Assembly: GCA_030390025.1 (NCBI GenBank)
Contig: JASTWF010000034.1
Span: 5,952,001-6,016,000, forward strand
DNA length: 64,000 nt
DNA from: Squalus acanthias
Taxonomy: Eukaryota
Direction: 5' to 3'
Below the pieces are notes generated by a model. The model made no database searches. It was given only the letters and a program-made list of their open reading frames with translations, and had not been told where the DNA came from. The number at the start of each line of letters is the position of its first letter. Positions within the stretch are counted from its first letter, which is position 1. Shown here one piece after another: positions 13,001 through 25,200 of the stretch. Position numbers and translations under genes: made by a program.

Positions 13001-16000
13001 ACTGGAGTCATGTCTAGGCCCAGACTGGGTAGTGAGGGACTGGAGTCAGCTGTAGGCCCAGACCGGGTTTAGAGGGAATGGAGTCAGGTATAGGCCCAGA
13101 CCGGGTAGTGAGGAACTGGAGTCAGGTCTAGGCCCAGACTGGGTAGTGAGGGACTGGAGTCAGCTGTAGGCCCAGACCGGGTAGTGAGGGACTGGAGTCA
13201 GGTTTACACTCAGACCGGGTAGTGAGGGACCGGAATCAGGTTTCGGCCCAGACCAGGTAGTGAGGGATTGGAGTCGGGTGTAGGCTAAGAAGGGGTAGTA
13301 AGGGACTGGAGTCAGGTGTAGACCCAGCCTGGGTTGTGAGGGACTGGAGTCAGGTGTAGACTCAGACCGGGTAATGAGGGCCTGGAGTCAGGTGTGGGCC
13401 CAGACCGGGTAGTGGGGGACTGGAGTCGTGAGAAGGACCAGACAAGGTATTGAGGGACCGGAGTCAGGTGTAGGCCCAGACCAGGTATTGAGGGATCGGA
13501 CTCAGGTGTAGGACCAGACCAGGTAGTGAGGGACTGGAGTCAGGTGTATAACCAGACCAGGTGGTGAGGGATTGGAGTGAGGTATAGACCCAGACCGGGT
13601 AGTGAGGGACTGGAGTCAGGTGCCGGCACAGACCAGGTAGTGAGAGACTGGAGTCAGGTATAGGCCCAGACCGAGTGGTGAGGGACTGGAGTGAGGAATA
13701 GACCCAGACCGGGTAGTGAGGGACTGGAGTCAGATGTAGGCCCAGACCGGGTAGTGAGAGACTGGATTCAGCTGTAGGCCCAGACTGGATAGTGAGGGAC
13801 TGGAGTCAGGAGTATACCCAGACAGGGTAGTGAGGGACAGGTGTCAGGTGTAGGAACAGACAAGGTATTGAGGGACCGGAGTCAGGTGTATATCCGGACC
13901 AGATAGTGAGGTACTGGAGCAAGGTGCAGGCACAGACCAGGTAGTGAGGGACCGGAGTCAGGTGTAGGCCAAGAACGGGTAGTGAGGGATTGGAGTCAGA
14001 AGTAGGCCCAGACCGGGTTTAGAGGGACTGGAGTCAGGTATAGGCCCAGACCGGGTAGTGAGGGACTGGAGTCAGGTGTAGGCCCAGACTGGGTAGTTAG
14101 GGACTGGAGTCGGGTGTAGGCCAAGACCGGGTAGTGAGGGACTGGAGTCATGTGTAGGCCCAGGCCGGGTAGTGAGGGAATGGAATCAGGTGTATACCAA
14201 GGCCGAGTAGTGAGGGATTGGAGTCAGGTGTACGCCCAGACCGAGAAGTGAGGGACTGGAGTGAGGTGTAGGCCCAGACCGGGTAGTGTGGGACTTGAGT
14301 CAGGTGTAGGCCCAGACCAGGTAGTGAGGGACTGGTGTCATGTGGAGGCCCAGAGCGGATAGTGAGGGACTGGAATCAGTTGTATGCCCAGACCGGGTAG
14401 TGAGGGACTGGAGTCGGGTGTAGGCCAAGACCGGGTAGTGAGGGACTGGAGTCAGGTGTAGGCCCAGACTGGGTAGTGAGGGATTGGAGTCAGTTGTACC
14501 CCAGACCGGGTAGTGAGGGACTGGAGTTAGGTGTAGGACCAGAACGGGCTGTGAGGGACTGGAGTCAGGTGTAGATCCAAACCGGGTATTGAGGGACTGG
14601 AGTCAGGGGTCGGCTCAGACGGATAGTGAGGGACTGGAGTGAGGTATAGAACCAGACCGGATAGTGAGGGACTGGAGTCAGGTGTAGGACCAGACCAGGT
14701 ATTGAGGGACCGGAGTCAGGTGTGGGCCCAGACCAGGTATTGAGGGATCGGACTCAGGTGTAGGACCAGACCAGGTAGTGAGGGACTGGAGTCAGGTGTA
14801 GGCCTAGTCCAGGTAGTGAGGGATTAGAGTGAGGTATAGACCCAGACCGGGTAGTGAGGGACTGGAGTCAGGTGCCAGCACAGACCAGGTAGTGAGAGAC
14901 TGGAGTCAGGTATAGGCCCAGACCGAGTAGTGAGGGACTGGAATGAGGTATAGACCCAGACCGGGTAGTGAGAGACTGGATTCAGGTGTAGGCCCAGACC
15001 GGGTAGTGAGAGACTGGATTCAGCTGTAGGCCCAGACCAGGTAGTGAGGGACTGGAATGAGGTATAGACCCAGACCGGGTAGTGAGAGACTAGATTCAGG
15101 TGTAGGCCCAGACCGGGTAGTGAGGGACTGGTGTCATGTGGAGGCCCAGACTGGGTAGTGAGGGACTGGAGTCAGGTGTAGGCCCTACTGGGTAGTGAGG
15201 GACTGGAGTCAGGTGTAGGCCCAGACCGGGTAGTGAGGCACTGGAGTCAGGTGTAGGCCCAGACTGGGTAGTGAGGGACTGGAGTCAGGTGTAGGATCAG
15301 ACCAGGTATTGAGGGATCGGAGTCAGGTATCAGCCCAGACCGGGTAATGAGGAACTGGAGTCAGGTGTAGGCTAAGACTGGGTAGTGAGGGACTGGAGTC
15401 AGGTGTAGGCCCAGACCGGGTAGTGAGGGACTGGAGTCAGGAGTAGGCCCAGACTGTGTAGTGAGGGACTGGAGTCAGGTGTGGGCCCAGACCGGGTAGT
15501 GAGGGACTGGAGTCAGGTGTAGACCCAGACCGGGTAGTGAGGGACTGGAGTCAGGTGTAGGCCCAGACCGGGTAGTGAGGGAATGGAGTCAGGTGTATAC
15601 CAAGACTGCTCAGTGAGGGACTGGAGTTAGGTGTAGACCCAGACCAGGTAGTGGGGGACTGGAGTCGGGTATAGGCTAAGAGGGGGTAGTGAGGGACTGG
15701 AGTGAGGAATAGACCCAGATGGGTAGTGAGGGACTGGAGTCAGGTGTAGGCCCAGACTGGGTGGTGAGGCACTGGAGTCAGGAGTATACCCAGACCAGGT
15801 TTAGAGGGACTGGAGTCAGGTGTAGGACCAGACCAGGTATTGAGGGACCAGAGTCAGTTGTATATCCAGACCGGATAGTGAGGTACTGGAGCCAGATGCA
15901 GGCCCAGACCAGGTAGTGAGGCACCGGAGTCAGGTGCAGGCCAAGAACGGGAAGTGAGGGACTGGAGTCAGAAATAGGCCCAGACCAGGTAGTGAGGGAT

Positions 16001-16680
16001 TGGAGTCGGGTGTAGGCTAAGAGGGGGTAGTGAGGGACTGGAGTCAGGTGTAGACCCAGCCTGGGTTGTGAGGGACTGGAGTCAGGTGTAGACTCAGACC
16101 GGGTAATGAGGGACTGGAGTCAGGTGTGGGCCCAGACCGGGTAGTGGGGGACTGGAGTCGGGTGTAGGACCAGACCAGGTATTGAGGGACCGGAGTCAGG
16201 TGTAGGCCCAGACCAGGTATTGAGGGATCGGACTCAGGTGTAGGACCAGACCGGGTAGTGAGGGACTGGAGTCAGGTGTATACCCAGACCAGGTAGTGAG
16301 GGATTGGAGTGAGGTGCCAGCACAGACCAGGTAGTGAGAGACTGGAGTCAGGTATAGGCCCAGACCCAGTGGTGAAGGACTGGAGTGAGGAATGGACTCA
16401 GACCGGGTAGTGAGGGACTGGAGTCAGGTGTAGGCCCAGACCGGGTCGTGAGAGACTGGATTCAGCTGTAGGCCCAGTCTGGGTAGTGAGGGACTGGAGT
16501 CAGGAGTATACCCAGACTGAGATATGAGGGACTGGAGTCAGGTGTAGGACCAGACAAGGTATTTAGGGACATTAGTCAGGTGTATATCCGGACCAGATAT
16601 TGAGGTACTGGAGCAAGGTGCAGGCCCAGACCAGGTAGTGAGTGATTGGAGTGAGGTGCCGGCACAGACCAGGTAGTGAG
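4057..16680. repeat. 38-bp satellite (GGAGTCAGGTGTAGGCCCAGACCGGGTAGTGAGGGACT), left part, ~330 units
   Basis: GAGGGACTGG at 4091, 4129 and onward (period 38); G-rich + strand. Confidence 0.97.
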
Positions 16681-19287
16681 GCAGAAAACGTTAGTGGGAG
16701 TTGTGTACAGACCTCCAAACAGCAGTGGTGAGGTGGGGGAGGGTATGAAACAGGAAATCAGAGGTGCGTGCAAAAAAGGCACGGCAGTTATCATGGGTGA
16801 CTTTAATATGCATATAGATTGGGCTACTCAAACTGGAAGCAATACGGTGGAGGAGGATTTCCTGGAGTGTTTAAGGGATGGTTTCCTAAACCAATATGTT
16901 GAGGAACCAACTCGAGGGGAGGCCATCCTGGACTGGGTGTTGTGTAATGAGGAAGGACTAATCAGCAATCTTGTGGTACGAGGCCCCCTGGGGAAGAGTG
17001 ACCATAGTATGGTGGAGTTCTACATTAGGAAGGAGAAGGAAACAGTTAAGTCAGAGACCATGGTCCAGAACTTAAATAAGGGCAACTTTGATGGTATGAG
17101 GCGTGAATTGGCGAGGTTAAATTGGCAAGCGATATTTAAGGGGCTATCAGTGGAAGGGCAATGGCAGACATTTAGAGATCGCATGGATGAACTACAACAA
17201 TTGTACATCCCGGTCTGGCGTAAAAATAAAAAAGGGAAGGTGGCTCAACCATGGCTAACAAGGGAAATCAGGGATAGTATTAAAACCAAGGAAGTTGCAT
17301 ACAAATTGGCCAGAAGTAGCAGCAAACCCGGGGACTGGGAGAACTTCAAAACTCAGCAAAGGGGGACGAAGGGTTTGATTAGGGCAGGGAAAATAAAATA
17401 TTAAAGGAAGCTTGCAGAGAACATTAAAATGGACTGCAAAAGCTTCTATAAATATGTAAAAAGAAAGAGGTTAGTAAAAACAAACGTAGGTCCCCTGCAG
17501 TCGGAAACAGGGCAAGTCGTAATGGGGAACAAGGAAATGGCTGGTCAATTGAACAAGTACTTTGGTTCGGTGTTTACTGTGGAGGACACACACAACCTGC
17601 CGGAAATAAAAGGGGTCAGAGGAGCTGGTAAGAGGGAGGAGCTGAGGGAAATCCTTATTAGTCGGGAAAAGGTATTGGGGAAATTGATGGGACTGAAGGC
17701 TGAAAAATCCCCGGGGCCTGATGGTCTGCATCCCAGAGTACTTAAGGAGGTGGCCTTGGAAATAGTGGATGCATTGACGATCATTTTCCAACATTCCTTA
17801 GACTCTGGATCAGTTCCGATGGAGTGGAGGGTGGCCAATGTAACCCCTCTTTTTAAAAAAGGAGGGAGGGAGAAAGCAGGGAATTATAGACCGGTCAGCC
17901 TGACATCGGTCGTGGGTAAAATGATGGAAGCAATTATTAAAGATGTCATAACAGACCATTTGGAAAGTGGCCACATGATAGGTCCAAGTCAGCATGGATT
18001 TGTGAAAGGGAAATCATGCTTGACAAATCTTCTGGAATTTTTTGAGGATGTTTCCAATAGGGTGGACAGGGGGGAACCAGTAGATGTGGTGTATTTGGAC
18101 TTTCAGAAGGCCTTCGACAAGGTCCCACACAAGAGATTGGTGAGCAAAGTTAAAGCACATGGGATTGGGGGTAATGTGTTGATGTGGATTGAGAACTGGT
18201 TGGCACACAGGAAACAAAGAGTAGGAGTAAATGGGTACTTTTCAGAATGGCAGGCAGTGACCAGCGGGGTACCGCAGGGTTCGGTGCTGGGACCCCAGCT
18301 GTTTACATTATATATTAATGATTTGGACGAAGGGATTAAATGTAATATCTCCAAATTTGCGGATGACACTAAATTGGGAGGCAGTGTGAACAATGAGGAG
18401 GATGCTAGGAGGCTACAGAGTGACTTGGACAGGTTGGGTGAATGGGCAAATGTATGGCAGATGAAGTACAATGTGGATAAATGTGAGGTTATCCACTTTG
18501 GTGGTAAAAATAGAGAGGCGGACTATTACCTGAATGGTGGCAGATTAGGGAAAGGGGAGGTGCAACGAGACCTGGGCGTCATGGTACATCAGTCACTGAA
18601 GGTGGGAATGCAAGTGCAGCAGGCAGTCAAGAAAGCAAACGGAATGATGGCCTTCATAGTAAGGGGATTTGAGTACAGGAGTAGGGAGGTGATGCTGCAG
18701 TTGTACAGGGCCTTGGTGAGGCCACACCTGGAGTATTGTGCGCAGTTTTGGTCTCCTAACTTAAGGAAGGACATTCTTGCTATTGAGGGAGTGCAGCGAA
18801 GGTTCACTAGATTGATTCCTGGGATGGCCGGAATGACATATCAAGAAAGATTGGGTCAACTGAACTTGTATCCTCTGGAGTTCAGAAGAATGAGGGGGGA
18901 TCTTATAGAGACATTTAAAATCCTGACTGGTTTAGACAAATTAGATGCGGGCAGAATGTTCCCAATGTTAGGGAAAACTAGAACCAGGGGTCACAGTCTA
19001 AGGATTAAGGGGAAGCCATTTAAGACTGAGCTGAGGAGGAACTTCTTCACCCAGAGAGTGGTGAATCTATGGAATTCTCTTCCACAGAAGGTTGTTGAGG
19101 CCAGTTCGCTAAATATATTCAAAAGGGAGTTAGATATAACACTCACAACTAGGGGGATCAAGGGGTATGGCGAGAAAGCAGGAATGGGGTACTGAGGTAG
19201 CATGTTCAGCCATGAACGCATTGAATGGTGGTGCAGGCTCGAAGGACCGAATGGTCTACTCCTGTACCTATTTTCTATGTTTCTATG
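16681..19287 (+). mobile_element. Young 5'-truncated CR1 (HER1-like) LINE inserted in the satellite; partial APE endonuclease plus full RT
   Basis: GVVYRPP, GDFN and SDH endonuclease motifs; LDFQKAFD, GVPQGSVLGP and FADD RT motifs. ORFs 16676..17404 and 17429..19195 are in one frame split by a single TAA. (TTTCTATG)2 tail; TSD (G)TGAG at 16676-16680 and 19287-19291. Confidence 0.97.
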
Positions 19288-22200
19288 TGAGAGACTGGAG
19301 TCAGGTATAGGCCCAGACCGAGTGGTGAGGGACTGGAGTGAGGAATAGACCCAGACCGGGTAGTGAGGGACTGGAGTCAGGTGTAGGCCCAGACCGGGTC
19401 GTGAGAGACTGGATTCAGCTGTAGGCCCAGTCTGGGTAGTGAGGGACTAGAGTCAGGAGTATACCCAGACTGAGATATGAGGGACTGGAGTCAGGTGTAG
19501 GACCAGACAAGGTATTTAGGGACATTAGTCAGGTGTATATCCGGACCAGATAGTGAGGTACTGGAGCAAGGTGCAGGCCCAGACCAGGTAGTGAGAGACC
19601 GGAGTCAGGTGTAGGCCAAGAACGGGTAGTGAGGTACTGGAGTCAGAAGTAGGGCCAGACCAGGTTTAGAGGGACTGGAGTCAGGTATAGGCCCAGACCG
19701 GGTAGTGAGGGGCTGGAGTCAGGTGTAGGCCCAGACTGGGTAGTGAGGGACTGGAGTCAGGTGTAGGCCCAGACCGGGTAGTGAGGGACTGGAGTCAGGT
19801 GTAGGCCAAGACTGGGTAGTGAGGGACTGGAGTCAGGTGTAGACCCAGACCGGGTAGTGAGGGACTGGAGTCAGGTGTATACCAATACTGCGTAGTGAGG
19901 GATTGGAGTCAGGTGTAGGCCCAGACCGGTTAGTGAGGGACTGCAGTCAGGTGTAGGACCAGAACGGGCCGTGAGGAACTGGAATCAGGTGTAGATCCAA
20001 ACCGGGTATTGAGGGACTGGAGTCAGGTGTCGGCTCAGATGGATAGTGAGGGACTGGAGTGAGGTATAGACCCAGACCGGGTAGTGAGGGACTGGAGTCA
20101 GGTGTAGGACCAGACCAGGTATTGAGGGACCGGAGTCAGGTGCAGGCCCAGACCGGGTAGTGAGGGACTGGAGTCAGGTGTATAACCAGACCAGGTAGTG
20201 AGGGACTGGAGTCAGGTGTAGACCCTCACCGGTTAGTGAGGGAGTGGATTCAGATGTGGCCCAGTCCGGGTAGTGAGGGGGTGGAGTCAGATGTAGACCC
20301 AGCCTGGGTAGTGAAGGACTGGAGTCATGTGTAGACCCAGACCGGGTAGTTAGGGACTGGAGTCAGGTGTAGACCCAGACCGGGTAGTGAGGGACTGGAG
20401 TCATGTGTCGGCCCAGACCTGGTAATGAGGGACTGGAGTCAGGTGTATACCCAGACCGGGTAGTGAGGGACTGGAGTCAGGTGTAGGGCCAGACCTGGTT
20501 TAGAGGGAATGGAGTCAGATGTAGGCCCAGACCGTGCAGTGAGGGACTGAAGTCAGCTGTAGGACCAGACCAGGTATTGAGGGACTGGATTCAGGTGGAT
20601 ACCCAGACCGGGTAGTGAGGGACTGGAGTCAGGTGCAGACCCAGACCGGATAGTGAGGGACTGGAGTCAGGTGTAGACCCAGAACAGGTAGTGAGGGACC
20701 GGAGTCAGGTGTAGGCTAAGAGGGGGTAGTGAGGGACTGGAGTCAGGTGTAGACCCAGACCGGGTAATGAGGTACTGGAGTCAGGTGTGGGCCCAGACCG
20801 GGTAGTGGGGGACTGGAGTCGGGTGTAGGCCAAGACCGGCTAGTGAGGGAAGGAGTCAGGTGCATACCCAGACCGGGTAGTAAGGGACTGGATTCGGGTG
20901 TAGGCCAAGACCAGGTAGTGAGGGACTGGAGTCAGGTGTAGGCCCAGACTGGGTAGTGAGGGATTGGAGTCAGGTGTAGGCCCAGACTGGGTAGTGAGGG
21001 TCTGGTGTCAGGTGTAGGACCAGACCAGGTATTGAGGGACCAGAGTCAGTTGTATATCCAGACCGGATAGTGAGGTACTGGAGCCAGGTGCAGGCCCAGA
21101 CCAGGTAGTGAGGGACCGGAGTCAGGTGCAGGCCAAGAACGGGTAGTGAGGGACTGGAGTCAGAAATAGGCCCAGACCAGGTTTAGAGGGACTGGAGTCA
21201 GGTATAGGCCCAGACCGGGTAGTGAGGAACTGGAGTCAGGTCTAGGCCCAGACTGGGTAGTGAGGGACTGGAGTCAGGTGTAGGCCCAGACCGGGTAGTG
21301 AGGGACTGAAGTCAGGTGTAGACTCAGACCGGGTAGTGAGGGACTGGAGTCAGGTTTCGGCCCAGACCAGGTAGTGAGGGATTGGAGTCGGGTGTAGGCT
21401 AAGAGGAGGTAGTGAGGGACTGGAGTCAGGTGTAGACCCAGCCTGGGTTCTGAAGGACTGGAGTCAGGTGTAGACTCAGACCGGGTAATGAGGGACTGGA
21501 GTCAGGTGTGGGCCCAGACCGGGTAGTGGGGGTCTGGAGTCGGGTGTAGGACCAGACCAGGTATTGAGGGACCGGAGTCAGGTGTAGGCCCAGACCAGGT
21601 ATTGAGGGATCGGACTCAGGTGTAGGACCAGACCGGGTAGTGAGGGACTGGAGTCAGGTATAGGCCCAGACCCAGTGGTGAAGGTCTGGAGTGAGGAATA
21701 GACCCAGACCGGGTAGTGAGGGACTGGAGTCAGGTGTAGGACCAGACCGGGTCGTGAGAGACTGGATTCAGCTGTAGGCCCAGTCTGGGTAGTGAGGGAC
21801 TGGAGTCAGGAGTATACCCAGACTGAGATATGAGCGACTGGAGTCAGGTGTAGGACCAGACAATGTATTTAGGGACATTAGTCAGGTGTATATCCGGACC
21901 AGATAGTGAGGTACTGGAGCAAGGTGCAGGCCCAGACCAGGTAGTGAGGGACCGGAGTCAGGTGTAGGCCAAGAACGGGTAGTGAGGTACTGGAGTCAGA
22001 AGTAGGCCCAGACCAGGTTTAGAGGGACTGGAGTCAGGTATAGCCCCAGACCGGGTAGTGAGGGACTGGAGTCAGGTGTAGGCCCAGACTGGGTAGTGAG
22101 GGACTGGAGTCAGGTGTAGGCCCAGACTGGGTAGTGAGGGACTGGAGTCAGGTGTAGACCCAGACCGGGTAGTGAGGGACTGGAGTCAGGTGTAGGACCA

Positions 22201-25200
22201 GACCGGGTAGTGAGGGAATGGAGTCAGGTGTAGGCCCAGACCGGGTAGTGAGGGAATGGAGTCAGGTGTATACCAATACTGCGTAGTGAGGGATTGGAGT
22301 CAGGTATAGGCCCAGACCGGTTAGTGAGGGACTGGAGTTAGGTGTAGGACCAGACCAGGTATTGAGGGACCGGAGTCAGGTGTGGGCCCAGACAAGGGAT
22401 TGAGGGACCGGTGTCAGGTGCAGGCCCAGACCGGGTAGTGAGGGACTGGAGTCAGGTGTATAACCAGACCAGGTAGTGAGGGACTGGAGTCAGGTGTAGA
22501 CCCAGACCGGGTAGTGAGGGACTGGAGTCAGGTGTAGACTCAGACCGGGTAGTGAGGGACCGGTGTCAGGTGTAGGGCCAGACCTGGTATAGAGGGAATG
22601 GAGTCAGATGTAGGCCCTCACCGGTTAGTGAGGGAGTGGATTCAGATGTGGCCCAGACCGGGTAGTGAGGGGGTGGAGTCAGATGTAGACCCAGCCTGGG
22701 TAGTGAAGGACTGGAGTCATGTGTAGACCCAGACTGGGTAGTGAGGGACTGGAGTCAGGTGTAGACCCAGACCGGGTAGTGAGGGACTGGAGTCATGTGT
22801 CGGCCCAGACCTGGTAATGAGGGACTGGAGTCACGTGTATACCCAGACCGGGTAGTGAGGGACTGGATTCAGGTGTAGGGCCAGACCTGGTTTAGAGGGA
22901 ATGGAGTCAGATGTAGGCCCAGACCGTGCAGTGAGGGACTGAAGTCAGCTGTAGGACCAGACCAGGTATTGAGGGACTGGATTCAGCTGTATACCCAGAC
23001 CGGGTAGTGAGGGACTGGAGTCAGGTGCAGACCCAGACCGGATAGTGAGGGACTGGAGTCAGGTGTAGACCCAGAACAGGTAGTGAGGGACCGGAGTCAG
23101 GTGTAGGCTAAGAGGGGGTAGTGAGGGACTGGAGTCAGGTGTAGACCCAGACCGGGTAATGAGGTACTGGAGTCAGGTGTGGGCCCAGACCGGGTAGTGG
23201 GGGACTGGAGTCAGGTGTAGGCTAAGACTAGGTAGTGAGGGATTGGAGTCAGGTGTAGGCTAAGAGGGAGTAGTGAGGGACTGGAGTCAGGTGTGTGCCC
23301 AGACCGGGTAGTGGTGGACTGGAGTCGGGTGTAGGCAAGACCGGCTATTGAGGGAAGGAGTCAGGTGCATACCCAGACCGGGTAGTAAGGGACTGGATTC
23401 GGGTGTAGGCCAATACCAGGTAGTGAGGGACTGGAGTCAGGTGTAGGCCCAGACTGGGTAGTGAGGGACTGGAGTCAGGTGTAGGCCCAGACTGGGTAGT
23501 GAGGGATTGGAGTCAGGTGTAGGCCCAGACTGGGTAGTGAGTGACTGGAGTCAGGTGTAGGCCCTGACCGGGTAATGAGGGACTGGAGTCAGGTGTGGGC
23601 CCAGACCGGGTAGTGAGGGACTGGATTTGGGTGCAGGCCAAGACCAGTTAGTGAGGGACTGGAGTCAGTTTGTAGGCCAGACTGGGTAGTGAGGGATTGG
23701 AGTCAGGTGTAGGCCCAGACTGGGTAGTGAGGGACTGGAGTCAGGTGAAGATCCAAACCGGGTATTGAGGGACTGGAGTCAGGTGCCAGCCCAGACCGGG
23801 TAGTGAGGGACTGGAGTCAGGTGTAGGCCCAGACCGGGCTGTGAGCGACTGGAGTCAGGTGTAGATCCATACCGGGTATTGAGGGACCGGTGTCAGGTGT
23901 AGGCCCAGACCGGGTAGTGAGGGACTGGAGTCAGGTGTAGGCCCAGACCGGGTATTGAGTGAATGGTGTCAGGTGTAGGCCCAGAGCGGATACTGAGGGA
24001 CCGGAGTCAGGTGCAGGACCAGACCAGGTATTGAGGGACCGGAGTCAGGTGTGGGCTCAGACTGGGTAGTGAGGGACTGGAGTCATGTATAGGCCGAGAC
24101 CGGGTATTGAGGGACAAGGGTCAGGTTTGGGCCCAGACCGGGTAGTGAGGGACTGGAGTCAGGTGTAGACCCTGACCAGGTAGTGAGGGACTGGAGTCAG
24201 GTGTAGGCCCAGACCGGGTAGTGAGGGGGTGGAGTCAGGTGTAGACCCAGACCGGGTAGTGAGGGACTGGAGTCAGGTGTAGACCCAGACCGGGTAGTGA
24301 GGGACTGGAGTCAGGTGTAGACCCAGACCGGGTAGTGAGGGACTGGAGTCAGGTGTAGGACCAGACCGGGTAGTGAGGGACTGGAGTCATGTGTAGGCCC
24401 AGACCGGGTAGTCAGGGAATGGAGTCAGGTGTATACCAAGACTGCGTAGTGAGGGATTGGAGTCAGGTGTCGGCCCAGACCGGGTATTGAAGGACTGGAG
24501 TCAGGTTTGGGCCAAAACCAGGTAGTGTGGGACTGGAGTCAGGTGTAGACTCAGACCGGGTAGTGAGGGACTGGATTCAGGTATAGGCCGAGACCGAGTA
24601 TTGAGTGACCAGAGTCAGGTTTGGGCCAAAACCAGGTAGTGTGGGACTGGAGTCAGGTGTAGGCCCAGACCGGGTAGTGAGGGACTGGAGTCAGGTGTAG
24701 ACCCAGACCGGGTAGTGAGGGACTGGATTCAGGTGTAGACCCAGACCGGGTAGTGAGGGACTGGATTCAGGTGTAGGCCCAGACCGGGTAGTGAGGGACT
24801 GGAGTCAGGTGTAGGCCCAGACCGGGTATTGAGTGAATGGTGTCAGGTGTAGGCCCAGACCGGATACTGAGGGACCGGAGTCAGGTGCAGGACCAGACCA
24901 GGTATTGAGGGACCGGAGTCAGGTGCAGGCCCAGACCGGGAAGTGAGGGACTGGAGTCAGGTGTATACACAGACCGGGTAGTGAGGGACTTGAGTCAGGT
25001 GTAGACTCAGACCGGGTAGTGAGGGACTGGAGTCAGGTGTAGGCCAAGACCTGGTAGTGAGGGAACGGAGTCAGGTGTAGGGCCAGACCTGGTATAGAGG
25101 GAATGGAGTCAGATGTATAACCAGACCGGATAGTGAGGGACTGGATTCATGTGCAGATGCAGACCGGGTAGTGAGGGACTGGAGTCAGGTGTCAGCCCAG

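Noticed and set aside
17020..19221. Antisense ORFs over the CR1 (and similar ones over other CR1 and PLE copies)
   Set aside because: Shadow frames of RT coding sequence
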